Source: a phage
Strand: one strand, 5' to 3'
Sequence record: PX092659.1
DNA length: 64,000 nt
Position 1 is the first letter of the stretch. Each line of letters starts with the position of its first letter. The position numbers were made by a program, and so were the translations under genes. Below are positions 21,131 through 30,655 of the stretch, piece after piece. Below the pieces are notes generated by a model. That model saw nothing but the letters and a program-made list of their open reading frames with translations, was not told the DNA's origin and did not search any database.

Positions 21131-23481
21131 TGGCAATAACTACTAAGATTATTGTACAACAAATATTAAATATTGATGATACTAAAGCTACTGCTAGTAA
21201 ATTTCCTAGATACACAGTAACTCTTGGAAATTCTATTAGCTCTATTACTGCTAATGAGTTAGTATCTTCTATAGAGGCTGCTGCTAAATCTGCTGCGGCT
21301 GCAAAAGATTCTGAAATAGCTGCTAAAACCTCAGAACTTAATGCTAAAAACTCTGAACAGGAAGCTGCTATTTCTGCTGGAGCTTCTGAAGCTTCTGCTA
21401 CTCAGTCTGCTACCTCTGCTACTCAGTCTGCCACTTCTGCTACTAAATCTGCAGAATCAGCTGCAGCTGCAAAAACCTCTGAAACTAATGCTAAGTCTAG
21501 TGAAACAAAAGCTAAAACTAGCGAAACTAATGCAAAAGCTAGTGAAACAAAAGCTAAAACTAGCGAAACTAATGCAAAAGCTAGTGAGGATAAGGCAAAG
21601 GCTAGCGAAACTAATGCTGCTGCATCGGCGGCTGATGCAAAAATTAGTGAAGATAAAGCAAAAACCAGTGAGACTAATGCAGCTCAATCAGCGGCTGATT
21701 CTAGCGGTTTTAGGAATGAGGCGGAAATATTTTCTGGGCAAGCTGCTGCATCGGCATCTGCGGCAAAAATCTCTGAAACCAATGCAAAAACCTCGGAAAC
21801 AAAAGCTAAGGCTAGTGAAACTAATGCTGCGGGATCTGCAACTTCTGCCAGCCAATCTGTAGCTGCTATTCAAGTACTTAAATCAGATGTCGAACAGTTA
21901 AAATCTGATACCCAAGCCATTAAAAATAGTGCTGTAACAGAGACAACAGCTTTAAAAGCGGATGTAGAACAGTTAAAATCTGATACCCAGGCCATTAAAA
22001 ATAGTGCTGTAACAGAGACAACAGCTTTAAAAAACCAAGCTGCAACTTCTGCAACTAATGCTGCTAATTCTGCAGCAGAAGCGGGGGGACAGGCTACTGC
22101 TGCTGCTAATAGTGCTAATACTGCTAAAACTGAAGCCGATCGTTCAAAAACTGAGGCTGATAGATCAGAAGCTGCTGCTAATTCTACCCCCGACATTCAA
22201 CCTCTTCCAGATGTATGGATACCGTTTAACGATTCTCTAGATATGATCACCGGCTTTGCACCAGGCTATAAAAAAATAACAGTCGGTGATGAGGAAATAA
22301 CACTGCCTAGTGACAAAATTGTCTCGTTTTCCCGCGCGAGTTCCGCGACCTATATCAATAAGTCCGGCGCTCTTACCATTGCAGAAATTAATGAGCCACG
22401 TTTTGAAAAAGAAGGGCTGTTAATTGAAGGGCAGAGAACTAACTATCTAAAAAATTCTAATACACCGGAATTGTGGTACTACCACAGTTTACTGGCGAAA
22501 GAGTATGGGGTTGATAATTACGGTTTTAATTATGCAACCGTCACCGTGACAGACAGCCTTGTAGGCACAACCAGTAGTTATCAGATTCATAGTGTAACTG
22601 GAGAGAACAGGTTTTCTCTGTCCATCGGTGAAACCTGCACTTTTTCTGCCCGCTTTCGTGGAGTTAATTCACGTTGTCGCGTCCATATATCTCTTGTTAT
22701 TGGCGAAAATGTTAAAACATCTGTTGATGTATGTCTGGAGCCAGATACAGGTGAGGTTAAGGCGTACGGTAATAAGGCGCTGGTGACATTCAGAACGGAA
22801 AAACAGGGGGACTGGTGTTACTTTGAAACAACATATACCGCCGCAGAGAATATTGACGAAGTGGTATGCGGTTTTTTTATAACCAATCCTGAAGATGGTG
22901 GTTTTTCTTCTGATTCGTCATTAACAATGACTACGCCACAAATTGAAAAGGGGTCATGTGCTTCATCATTTATAATCACAGGAGAAACGCCAGCAACTCG
23001 CGCTAGTGACATGGTTTTTATACCAACCGATTGCAATGAACCATCATCTATACCGTTAAGTCTACTTGTTGAGGTAAATAGAAATTGGGATATAGCCCCA
23101 AACTCAGCTCCAAGGATAGTACATGTAGCAAATTTACCAGAAGACCAGTTATTAGTTGCTTTCAGGGTTCCATCAAGCGATACAGTAGAGCCGCTGCCTT
23201 ATTCTCAGTTGGGGGTCAGTCAGTCATTTACGCCAGTATCAACAAAAACAAGCGGGAAAATGGTGACGGGTTTTGTTTGCAACAAAAGCTCAGAATTAAG
23301 ATGCGTAACAAACGCTGTGTTCGGTGCGCCTGTGAAAACAACATGGAAAGCTGGTTTATCTAAAAATCTTCGTATCGGCGGCATAAGTGCAGATGGTGGT
23401 AAACATCTTTTCGGGCATGTCAGAAATTTTAGAATCTGGCATAAAGAATTAACGGATCGTCAAATGAGGGAGTCTGTGTGA
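21130..23481 (+). CDS. ltfA: L-shaped tail fibre protein A (LtfA-like), C-terminal lectin-like receptor-binding domain
   Basis: 783 aa; N-terminal Ala/Ser/Thr/Lys-rich repeat shaft (SETNAKA-type repeats), C-terminal domain with composition shift and ...GHVRNFRIWHKELTDRQM ending resembling LamG/concanavalin-like domains. Confidence 0.68.
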   Translation: MAITTKIIVQQILNIDDTKATASKFPRYTVTLGNSISSITANELVSSIEAAAKSAAAAKDSEIAAKTSELNAKNSEQEAAISAGASEASATQSATSATQSATSATKSAESAAAAKTSETNAKSSETKAKTSETNAKASETKAKTSETNAKASEDKAKASETNAAASAADAKISEDKAKTSETNAAQSAADSSGFRNEAEIFSGQAAASASAAKISETNAKTSETKAKASETNAAGSATSASQSVAAIQVLKSDVEQLKSDTQAIKNSAVTETTALKADVEQLKSDTQAIKNSAVTETTALKNQAATSATNAANSAAEAGGQATAAANSANTAKTEADRSKTEADRSEAAANSTPDIQPLPDVWIPFNDSLDMITGFAPGYKKITVGDEEITLPSDKIVSFSRASSATYINKSGALTIAEINEPRFEKEGLLIEGQRTNYLKNSNTPELWYYHSLLAKEYGVDNYGFNYATVTVTDSLVGTTSSYQIHSVTGENRFSLSIGETCTFSARFRGVNSRCRVHISLVIGENVKTSVDVCLEPDTGEVKAYGNKALVTFRTEKQGDWCYFETTYTAAENIDEVVCGFFITNPEDGGFSSDSSLTMTTPQIEKGSCASSFIITGETPATRASDMVFIPTDCNEPSSIPLSLLVEVNRNWDIAPNSAPRIVHVANLPEDQLLVAFRVPSSDTVEPLPYSQLGVSQSFTPVSTKTSGKMVTGFVCNKSSELRCVTNAVFGAPVKTTWKAGLSKNLRIGGISADGGKHLFGHVRNFRIWHKELTDRQMRESV
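21499..21582 (+). repeat. exact 42-bp tandem duplication inside fibre repeat array
   Basis: agtgaaacaaaagctaaaactagcgaaactaatgcaaaagct occurs twice in tandem (21499-21540, 21541-21582), in frame (SETKAKTSETNAKA); part of degenerate repeat array approx 21280-21870. Confidence 0.85.
21886..22035 (+). repeat. 75-bp tandem direct repeat (2 copies) in ltfA
   Basis: 21886-21960 and 21961-22035 differ at 2-3 positions; encode 25-aa repeat DVEQLKSDTQAIKNSAVTETTALKA. Confidence 0.85.
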
Positions 23482-23756
23482 AAGATATAATATTAAAATT
23501 TAAAGACAAGAACGAATATAAAAATTTCTTAGTTGGAATAAACTGGCAAGAAAATGAAGAGTTACTAGATATGTTTCTCCTGGACGAGATTGGCTATACT
23601 TATACTGAAATCTCCGCACCAGGCGATGAGGAACCTAGATACATCCGTAATGAAGGATACTATGTTAATGTAAGGATTCTTGATGAATCCTTTACTTATG
23701 AATACTTTGAGCCTTTTATAGTTCAGTTGGAACAGCCTCTTAGAGAGTGGGCGTAA
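23478..23756 (+). CDS. hypothetical protein between fibre genes
   Basis: 92 aa, GTG start overlapping ltfA stop (GTGA), acidic; possible fibre assembly factor (inference from position only). Confidence 0.4.
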   Translation: MKDIILKFKDKNEYKNFLVGINWQENEELLDMFLLDEIGYTYTEISAPGDEEPRYIRNEGYYVNVRILDESFTYEYFEPFIVQLEQPLREWA

Positions 23757-23765
23757 GGTTTTATA

Positions 23766-25496
23766 ATGGTAACTAAAACAGTAATTCCTACGGATATTAC
23801 AAAACTTAAAAATGAGTCACTTAACAAGAATAATAATTTAAGTGACTTAGCAGACCGTGCAGCAGCATGGTTAAATGTGCGTCCTATTGGGTCCACCCCT
23901 CTTGCGGGGGATCCTGTTGGGGACTATGATGCCGCAACTAAACGTTGGGTAGAGAATAAGATTAACACTGGTACAGTCGGTCCTACTATGAACGGCGTTA
24001 TGAATTACGGGGTTGGTGATTTCCACCTTCGAGATAGTCGTGCGTATATCCAACCGTACGAAGTGGTTTCTGACGGTCAATTACTGAATCGTGCAGACTG
24101 GCCTGAACTCTGGGCATACGCTCAAATGGTTGGTGTTATAGAGGATTCCGTATGGTTAGCGGATAAATTTCAGCGTGGTAAGTACTCATCTGGGGATGGG
24201 ACAACAACCTTTCGTGTTCCAGATAAGAATGGGGTGCAGGAGGGATCAATACGTGCTCTTTATGGCCGTGGAGATGGTGGGAATAGTGGTGCAAATGGGC
24301 AACTGTTCGAATCCGCTGCGCCTAATATTACAGGTTTTTTCACCACTTATGCCTCTCAAACCTACGGCCAAGTATTAGGTCAAACAGGTGGTTGTTTTAA
24401 TGCAAACAATAATGCTTTCCCTGACGGAAGAGGTGACGGAATCCCACCAGGAAGTACAGCTCTTTCTGGACGTTATAACACCTGTGACTTCAATGCTTCA
24501 ATTTCAAGTCCGATTTATGGCGCATCCACTGATGAAATCCTTACGCGCAACTTTGTCGGTGTGTGGGTAATCCGCGCGTCGGGGGGATTCGTTGCTGCAA
24601 ATACATCATGGAGTGTTATTAACGCTGATAAAACAACTCCCAATTCAGGTGTTGTTGTTTTTGGTGGCAGTGTTAAATCTGAATATAAATCACCCGGTGC
24701 AAATGTAACAGCGGAACTAAAATCAAGTAAAGTAATTAATGGCGCATGGGGTGTTAGCTTAACTATAACAGATGATAGAGGGATCCCTGTAAGCATTAAG
24801 TATGACAGTAATGGTCAGTTTTCAACATCTCATAGGCCATCTGGAGTCGGTACTGGGAGTTCCTATACTCATTGCGCTTATCGCGCGCCAGACTGGTGGA
24901 ATAACACAGCATATAGTGCCTTCGTACCAATTCTTGGAGGTGGTAGCGGTAACTCACTAAAGAACTATAGATCTTTTGCTTGTTTTGGACAAATATCTTA
25001 TCCTGATTCTAGTAATAGTTATCCTAGAGCTGCAATTGCTCAAGTAAGGGATTGGGCACTACCAGATGGTGAACAAGGTAACGGCAAGAGTATTACCGTG
25101 TTTACGTTTATTGATAATTCATTTGACCTTCAATATGGGTACAACGATGGTTCGCTAAACTATATTTTTTCAAAATCTCCAATTTGTGATGAAAGATTAA
25201 AGAAAAATATTGAATCCATTGATACTAATATTGCAATAAGTAATATTAAGCAGATGTTATATAAATCATACATCTATAAAAATGACGAGAATGAACAGGT
25301 GCGCCGTGGTTTTATAGCTCAGGATTTACAGAAAATAGATCCCCAATATGTGCGGGAATATGGAGATCCTGGAAGAGAGAAAACGTTGGCCATTGATGAA
25401 AACGTTATGTTGCTTGATTCAGTTGCTGCGGTTAAGTGGCTTATTAATAAAGTTGAGGAGTTGCAAGAAGAAATAAATGTATTGAAAGCTAAGTAA
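23766..25496 (+). CDS. ltfB: tail fibre protein with phage-tail-collar domain and C-terminal intramolecular chaperone domain (LtfB-like)
   Basis: 576 aa; N-terminal region with collar-domain-like segment (LNRADWPELWAYAQ...TTFRVPD); C-terminus RRGFIAQDLQKIDPQYV...LAIDENVMLLDSVAAVKWL matches S74-type intramolecular chaperone/autoprotease module. Confidence 0.7.
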   Translation: MVTKTVIPTDITKLKNESLNKNNNLSDLADRAAAWLNVRPIGSTPLAGDPVGDYDAATKRWVENKINTGTVGPTMNGVMNYGVGDFHLRDSRAYIQPYEVVSDGQLLNRADWPELWAYAQMVGVIEDSVWLADKFQRGKYSSGDGTTTFRVPDKNGVQEGSIRALYGRGDGGNSGANGQLFESAAPNITGFFTTYASQTYGQVLGQTGGCFNANNNAFPDGRGDGIPPGSTALSGRYNTCDFNASISSPIYGASTDEILTRNFVGVWVIRASGGFVAANTSWSVINADKTTPNSGVVVFGGSVKSEYKSPGANVTAELKSSKVINGAWGVSLTITDDRGIPVSIKYDSNGQFSTSHRPSGVGTGSSYTHCAYRAPDWWNNTAYSAFVPILGGGSGNSLKNYRSFACFGQISYPDSSNSYPRAAIAQVRDWALPDGEQGNGKSITVFTFIDNSFDLQYGYNDGSLNYIFSKSPICDERLKKNIESIDTNIAISNIKQMLYKSYIYKNDENEQVRRGFIAQDLQKIDPQYVREYGDPGREKTLAIDENVMLLDSVAAVKWLINKVEELQEEINVLKAK

Positions 25497-25503
25497 AAGA
25501 AAA

Positions 25504-25545
25504 CCCCAGAGGGCTATCCCTCTGGGGTTTATTATTATTATTTAT
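25504..25545. terminator. bidirectional intrinsic terminator between convergent late and early modules
   Basis: CCCCAGAGGGCTATCCCTCTGGGG hairpin flanked by A-run upstream and TTTATTATTATT downstream; lies between stop of ltfB (+) and stop of dut (-). Confidence 0.8.
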
Positions 25546-25557
25546 TTGATACGTAGA

Positions 25558-26004
25558 TTATTTACTTCCTGAGCTTCCAAAGCCGCCTTCTCCACGATTA
25601 GTCTCCCCTAGTTCGTCAACGATTTCAAAATTATGGGTTGAATAGTGGGGTAGTACCACTAGCTGACAAAGTCTTTCAAAATTTTCCAAAGTTTGAATTT
25701 CAGAACCATAGTTGAACAGGTTCATCTTAATAGTTCCACGATAGTCTGAGTCGATCACTCCTGCAGTATTTGCAATCATCAGATGGCGTTTACCTAAAGA
25801 GCTGCGTGGAACTACCAAACCGAACCAACCTCGCGGAATTTCCACCGCGACACCGGTGTCAATCATTAAGGATTTGCCTGGTGCAATAGCCCGTAAATCT
25901 GCAGCAGGGTTAGTACCAAAGAATGCTCGCAGATCCATACCTGCGGCATCTTCAGAGCCGATCTTAGGCATACAATCTGGATGAGTTAACTTAATTTTAA
26001 TCAT
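25558..26004 (-). CDS. dut: dUTP pyrophosphatase
   Basis: 148 aa; dUTPase motifs AAGMDLRA, RSSLGKRH, GVIDSDYRG, and C-terminal RGEGGFGSSG. Confidence 0.88.
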   Translation of the reverse strand: MIKIKLTHPDCMPKIGSEDAAGMDLRAFFGTNPAADLRAIAPGKSLMIDTGVAVEIPRGWFGLVVPRSSLGKRHLMIANTAGVIDSDYRGTIKMNLFNYGSEIQTLENFERLCQLVVLPHYSTHNFEIVDELGETNRGEGGFGSSGSK

Positions 26005-26876
26005 TGTTCTGCAATCTCCAAAATATCTTTTGTAAACTTATCTAATACGTCTTGACCTACAGCAGCAATAGCATCCACACAGTAGGTAGGTAAATCAACC
26101 AGAATTAGGTTTCGATAAAGCAATTCTTCCGAAGCATTTAAATTCTGTATATATTTCTGTTTTCCAGGTAGTGGAAGCTGATCAATAATATCCAGAACGT
26201 TACCAAATTCACGAATAATATTATATCCGCGTTTTGCCCCAATACCTTCAACACCCCGGATATTATCCCCTAAATCACCCATAATTGCCTTTAGAGAGAT
26301 GAACTGCTCTACATCGTCAACATTATGATGCTCATACATATCACGAAGATGATATTCACGACGTGTTGTGAAAGAGAAGCGAGAAACTTTATCTGTTAGT
26401 AAAGTATCCCAGTCACCGTCTGTAGAGATTAACCAAACATGATCATATAGATGCCCAATGAGTTTAACAATATAAGCCGCCATATCATCTGCTTCTACAC
26501 CACGAATGGTGAAAGTTGGGAATGTAGTTTCACATAATTCGAAAGCATCTTTCAAATACTCGAAGAACTGCTCATCTAGCGCTTTCTCCTCTTCCGTACG
26601 CTGCGAGTATTTCTCATCTCGGTTCCCTTTATACTCGGGGAGATGTTCTAAGCGGAATACAGATTTCCCCTTATCTCCTAAAACTATTGTAGTTCTAGCA
26701 GAATAAGATTTTGCAAGAGATTGAATAGTGGAAACATAACTTGAGGCAAATGGTTTTTTACTATTATTATGTTTGAAGCGAAAGCCTAAGTTAGTTCCAT
26801 CGACAATCATTAGGTTACGACGGGAAGCCATTTCAGCTTCCTCTTCTTCAATAAATTTTCCCCAGGATTTACTCAT
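26001..26876 (-). CDS. flap endonuclease / 5'-3' exonuclease (T5 D15-like)
   Basis: 291 aa (same as T5 D15); FEN motifs LMIVDGTNL, VVLGDKGKSVFR, GVEADDMAAY, ISTDGDWDTL, helix-hairpin-helix GVEGIGAKRG. Confidence 0.88.
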   Translation of the reverse strand: MSKSWGKFIEEEEAEMASRRNLMIVDGTNLGFRFKHNNSKKPFASSYVSTIQSLAKSYSARTTIVLGDKGKSVFRLEHLPEYKGNRDEKYSQRTEEEKALDEQFFEYLKDAFELCETTFPTFTIRGVEADDMAAYIVKLIGHLYDHVWLISTDGDWDTLLTDKVSRFSFTTRREYHLRDMYEHHNVDDVEQFISLKAIMGDLGDNIRGVEGIGAKRGYNIIREFGNVLDIIDQLPLPGKQKYIQNLNASEELLYRNLILVDLPTYCVDAIAAVGQDVLDKFTKDILEIAEQ

Positions 26877-27358
26877 TATTTAATTAAGTCCTCAACAGAT
26901 GCATGATGTAGCCACGGCTCAAATAAACCAATTACGATTTCCATGTCTTTCTTATTTAACACCATATGGGTACGACTCATTAAGTTGTCAACCATCGGGT
27001 CTGAGCTATCCAAAGCTATTAACCACTGTCCTCTGTCTTTTTTGAATATTAATGCAGGCTTGGAGTTCATCTGCTCACCTTCACGTGAGCACTGCTGCCA
27101 CCACTTCTCTAGAGTGGATTCACCAACATTAAATAAATTACTTGATATATTATCATCTTTATACCACTTAACCTCGAAGCAGTATTTACTAATGTGTCCG
27201 CTTTGTGGTGGAAGGTAGATGTCGCCCTTCAGTCCATGGCTCTGGCCAAAAGCACCAGAACCAGGAACACGTTCCCACTCAAGACCCGTACGTTCACGTA
27301 AAATATCTCTTACCTGATATTCACCACGTTTACCCTTCTCTCTACTATCTACAGCCAT
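26876..27358 (-). CDS. putative Holliday-junction resolvase-like PD-(D/E)xK nuclease (D14-like)
   Basis: 160 aa; KGKRGEYQVRDIL...PGSGAFG...GDIYL...FEVKW pattern resembles Hjc/RecU-type resolvases. Confidence 0.45.
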   Translation of the reverse strand: MAVDSREKGKRGEYQVRDILRERTGLEWERVPGSGAFGQSHGLKGDIYLPPQSGHISKYCFEVKWYKDDNISSNLFNVGESTLEKWWQQCSREGEQMNSKPALIFKKDRGQWLIALDSSDPMVDNLMSRTHMVLNKKDMEIVIGLFEPWLHHASVEDLIK

Positions 27359-27361
27359 GTT

Positions 27362-29200
27362 TTATTCTAAGTAGGAAAATCCTTCTGCATCTTTTTTGAC
27401 AGTAATCTTATGGGCTAGTGGATGCGTATGCCCATGAGAAACAATGATAGAGTTTAGACTTTCTTCCTCATTTAATAGTTCAACAAGGGTGTCAAGTCCT
27501 TTAGTATCAATAAAGCTAATTACTTCATCAAGGAATAGAAGATTAATATTAACTTTACTAATAGATGTTAACAGCATCCGAATAGCTAACAGGGTTGCTA
27601 GATTAATTCGACTTTGCTGACCAGTAGAGCAGTTCTCCATACTGGTACGGTTTCCATCATTGAAGATTACTACTTGTAATTTTGTTTCATCAAGCTCAAA
27701 TCCAAGTGCGAACTTACCACCAGTCATAATGGAAAGGTATTTATTGATAAGCTCTTCAAATACTTTCACACTATGTTCTAGTTTATACCCTACCAGATTT
27801 TTCAATGCGGCGATCAGAATATCGAGGTCAGCAACAGCTTCTGATACTTCATTTAGTTTGGAAGTAATCTCAGACATTTCTGCCTCAGCTTTCTCAATCT
27901 GTTCTAGTTTCGCTTTATATTTTGCATTGGCTAATTCAACATTTGCATTATGCTCTTTGGCAATTGCAACCTTAGAGCGGCCATCAGCGATTTCCTGTTC
28001 TAATTGTCGGATTTGCACCTGTAGGATTTGCACATTGAGTTCTTCAAAAGAAGCATCACTCATTGAATTTTTGAACTCGTCTCTAGCTACCACTGCTTTA
28101 TCCAAAGCATCCTTTGCTCTAGTATACGCAACGTACTCAAGTTGTTCTTTCTTCAACTGTTCTAGCTTAGCTTCTAGAGATTGCTTCTCTTTGAACAGAG
28201 GATCATATTCTACTCTAGCCATATCCATTGCTTTTTGAGCAGCAGTTGTATCCAGATGAGTACCACAAGTAGGACATTCAGTATTTGAAGCCTCTTGCTT
28301 GAACTTCTGATAACGTTTCTTAACTTCTCCTGCACGTGAGGTTACAATCGTTAGGTCACGCGTAACACTCGAGATCTCTTCATTTTGGTCAGTGGGCGCA
28401 GGCAAATTTTTGAAAGGCTCGAAAGATTGTTCGGCAACTTGTACAGCTTTGTCCAAATTACGCAATTTAGTAATATTAGCCTCTTGAGACTTGGCTAATG
28501 CCGCCTTAATTTTCGATTCAGTAAGTTCTTGTGCTAATGGCTCTTCATCAAACTCCGGTACTTCTACAGGTTCCTGCAAAGTACCTAGATTATTTTTCCC
28601 ATTAAGGATTTTCGTAATTACAGCCATCTGGCCCTGCAAATTATTTAAGGTATTTGCTATTTCTTTACGATCAGCCTTAATAGTTTCTGACATTTCTTTG
28701 TACTGTTCTTGATTGAACAAGTTGACAAGAAAAGCCTTACGTGTTGCATCTGTTGCTTTTAGAAAGTCTAGATTGGAACCCACTGATTGATAAATTAGTT
28801 TGGTGAATGTTTGGAAGTCACCACCCATAATCTCTTCAATCATCTTGTATGTTTGGGTTGCCGTGTGTCCACTAATATCTTCTCCATTCTTAATAAGAGT
28901 TACTTTAGCAGTTGATTTAACTACTTTGTGTAGTTCATACTCATCTTCATCTTTTGAGAAGTAAGCGTGCATATCATACTCTTTCTTCGGAGAAGACCAG
29001 GAGAACAGAGCATCCTTCTTAATACCGCGTGAGTTCTTATTATAAAAGAGTTCTTCAATAATAGTAGCAATGGTGGATTTCCCTAGCCCATTGCCACCAA
29101 TTAGTTGAGTAACTGGATTCTTATCGAAATGAATTACGATGTCCTTACCGTAAGACATAACGTTACTAAATTTTAGTGTCTTAATTGTAATCTTTGACAT
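27362..29200 (-). CDS. sbcC: SbcC/Rad50-like ATPase (D13-like)
   Basis: 612 aa; Walker A GGNGLGKST at N-terminus, long central coiled coil, C-terminal signature and Walker B (LLFLDEVISFID). Confidence 0.8.
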   Translation of the reverse strand: MSKITIKTLKFSNVMSYGKDIVIHFDKNPVTQLIGGNGLGKSTIATIIEELFYNKNSRGIKKDALFSWSSPKKEYDMHAYFSKDEDEYELHKVVKSTAKVTLIKNGEDISGHTATQTYKMIEEIMGGDFQTFTKLIYQSVGSNLDFLKATDATRKAFLVNLFNQEQYKEMSETIKADRKEIANTLNNLQGQMAVITKILNGKNNLGTLQEPVEVPEFDEEPLAQELTESKIKAALAKSQEANITKLRNLDKAVQVAEQSFEPFKNLPAPTDQNEEISSVTRDLTIVTSRAGEVKKRYQKFKQEASNTECPTCGTHLDTTAAQKAMDMARVEYDPLFKEKQSLEAKLEQLKKEQLEYVAYTRAKDALDKAVVARDEFKNSMSDASFEELNVQILQVQIRQLEQEIADGRSKVAIAKEHNANVELANAKYKAKLEQIEKAEAEMSEITSKLNEVSEAVADLDILIAALKNLVGYKLEHSVKVFEELINKYLSIMTGGKFALGFELDETKLQVVIFNDGNRTSMENCSTGQQSRINLATLLAIRMLLTSISKVNINLLFLDEVISFIDTKGLDTLVELLNEEESLNSIIVSHGHTHPLAHKITVKKDAEGFSYLE

Positions 29201-30158
29201 ATTTTGCAGCTCTAGCTAAGATTCTATCAATATCGCCTTGAGATAGCTTCTCGACTTCACGGAAGTAAAGTTCAAGTTCACCTAACATATCAAGATCAAC
29301 AAGATTTAACTTAGCGTCTTTAGTGACTCGATGATTAATCTTCTTATCTAATAAATCAGAGTCTTTGATAGACTTTAATTGAACAACGTCACCAGTAACT
29401 TCATAGACTACACGATCATAATCACTAGGTTCCATCTCTTCACCAGCTCCGATTGTTTTACGAATCAGTTGTGGTAAATCACCGAGTTCAATCCATTCTA
29501 CTTTTAATGTGTCGGTATCAACGATAAAACAACCATTTGTACCTTTTGTGCGTTCTCTATGGAACGATGTAGTTAATGGAGATCCTGGGTAGAGAAGTCT
29601 AGTAGATCCGATAGTCTGGCTATTAGTATAAGAATGTAAATCGCCAGCAATTACAGTATCATAACAGTTGTACTTAGTTAGATCAATTTCTGGTTTTACA
29701 TGTGGAGGGATTTCACCACGAACATGTGTGAAACATAGTTTTGATTCAGATGGTTTCCATTTGGATTTATGGATCTCATCATATGGAACAATATCAAATT
29801 CAGGGGAACGATATGGTTTGGTAATTACTTCCCACTTACCACTCGTTACTTTATTAATAACCCCCGCATAATGATATAGACATGAAATGGTTTTAGTTAA
29901 CATTTCATGATTTCCAGTAAAGATTTTGCCTGGATGGTCAAGTCTTGACATGAACTGTTCAAGCAGTTCTATTTCTTCTGACGACGGGTCGGCAACATCA
30001 AGTATATCACCACCAGCAATATGAAGATCACAGTTATGATTATGGAATATATCATTTAACCGTTCTCCTAGCATCAGGAAGCGACGCTTCTGCCATTCTT
30101 TAGGTATCTTATCTTGGCCCAACTTAATATGATGATCAGCACTAAATAGTATTTTCAC
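29181..30158 (-). CDS. sbcD: SbcD/Mre11-like nuclease (D12-like)
   Basis: 325 aa; calcineurin-like phosphoesterase motifs (FSADHHI, GDILD, GNHE); GTG start; overlaps sbcC-like start. Confidence 0.8.
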   Translation of the reverse strand: MKILFSADHHIKLGQDKIPKEWQKRRFLMLGERLNDIFHNHNCDLHIAGGDILDVADPSSEEIELLEQFMSRLDHPGKIFTGNHEMLTKTISCLYHYAGVINKVTSGKWEVITKPYRSPEFDIVPYDEIHKSKWKPSESKLCFTHVRGEIPPHVKPEIDLTKYNCYDTVIAGDLHSYTNSQTIGSTRLLYPGSPLTTSFHRERTKGTNGCFIVDTDTLKVEWIELGDLPQLIRKTIGAGEEMEPSDYDRVVYEVTGDVVQLKSIKDSDLLDKKINHRVTKDAKLNLVDLDMLGELELYFREVEKLSQGDIDRILARAAKYVKDYN

Positions 30159-30618
30159 TTAATAGACTATCATATACTGCATTTGCTACAGTCTCTGCTT
30201 CATATATGGAATCTGTGTATCCATAATGCTTACCTTTAATTTGAACAAAATATCTACCAGTTGAATGTTTTAAGAAAACACCTTTTGGTAATTCTTTATT
30301 ACTGTTTTTGTTTCTATTCAACTGATTGCGTGACTTAGAAGAGTCTAGTAAATTATCTATGGCATTATTTAATGGATTCCTATCCTTATGGTCAATTTCT
30401 TCTGGAATGTACCCATACACGTATAAGAAAGCTAGCTGATGTGCTTTGTACCTTTTACCGTCAATTCGGATTTCCAATCTGATATAGTTATCAGATACCC
30501 ATACTTCCGTCCCTGCTATGGAGCCTTTTGATACTCTTCCTCTGGAGACTTTCCATCTAAATATACCAGTTAGATGGTCATAGTCCAATAACTCTTTAAG
30601 TCTATCTTGTGTAATCAT
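30142..30618 (-). CDS. HNH homing endonuclease with AP2-like DNA-binding domain
   Basis: 158 aa; N-terminal MITQDRLKELLDY...AHQLAFLYVYGYIPEEIDHKDRNPLNN HNH core plus C-terminal AP2-like module; no SD; sits between D11-like and sbcD-like genes. Confidence 0.8.
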   Translation of the reverse strand: MITQDRLKELLDYDHLTGIFRWKVSRGRVSKGSIAGTEVWVSDNYIRLEIRIDGKRYKAHQLAFLYVYGYIPEEIDHKDRNPLNNAIDNLLDSSKSRNQLNRNKNSNKELPKGVFLKHSTGRYFVQIKGKHYGYTDSIYEAETVANAVYDSLLSENTI

Positions 30619-30620
30619 AA

Positions 30621-30648
30621 AGATATAAGAAAAGGGGCCGAAGCCCCG
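30621..30648 (-). terminator. intrinsic terminator after D11-like gene
   Basis: minus-strand GGGGC-UUCG-GCCCC hairpin followed by UUUUCUUAU. Confidence 0.7.
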
Positions 30649-30655
30649 CTATTTA

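Noticed and set aside
21341-21862. 173-aa Leu/Lys-rich ORF on + strand
   Set aside because: Out-of-frame reading of the repetitive ltfA shaft region; low-complexity translation product, fully inside a well-supported gene
21280-22035. CRISPR-like repeat array
   Set aside because: Repeats are in-frame coding repeats of a fibre protein with no spacer structure and no cas genes
27660-28238. 192-aa Ser-rich ORF on + strand
   Set aside because: Antisense to the sbcC-like coiled-coil region; compositional artefact
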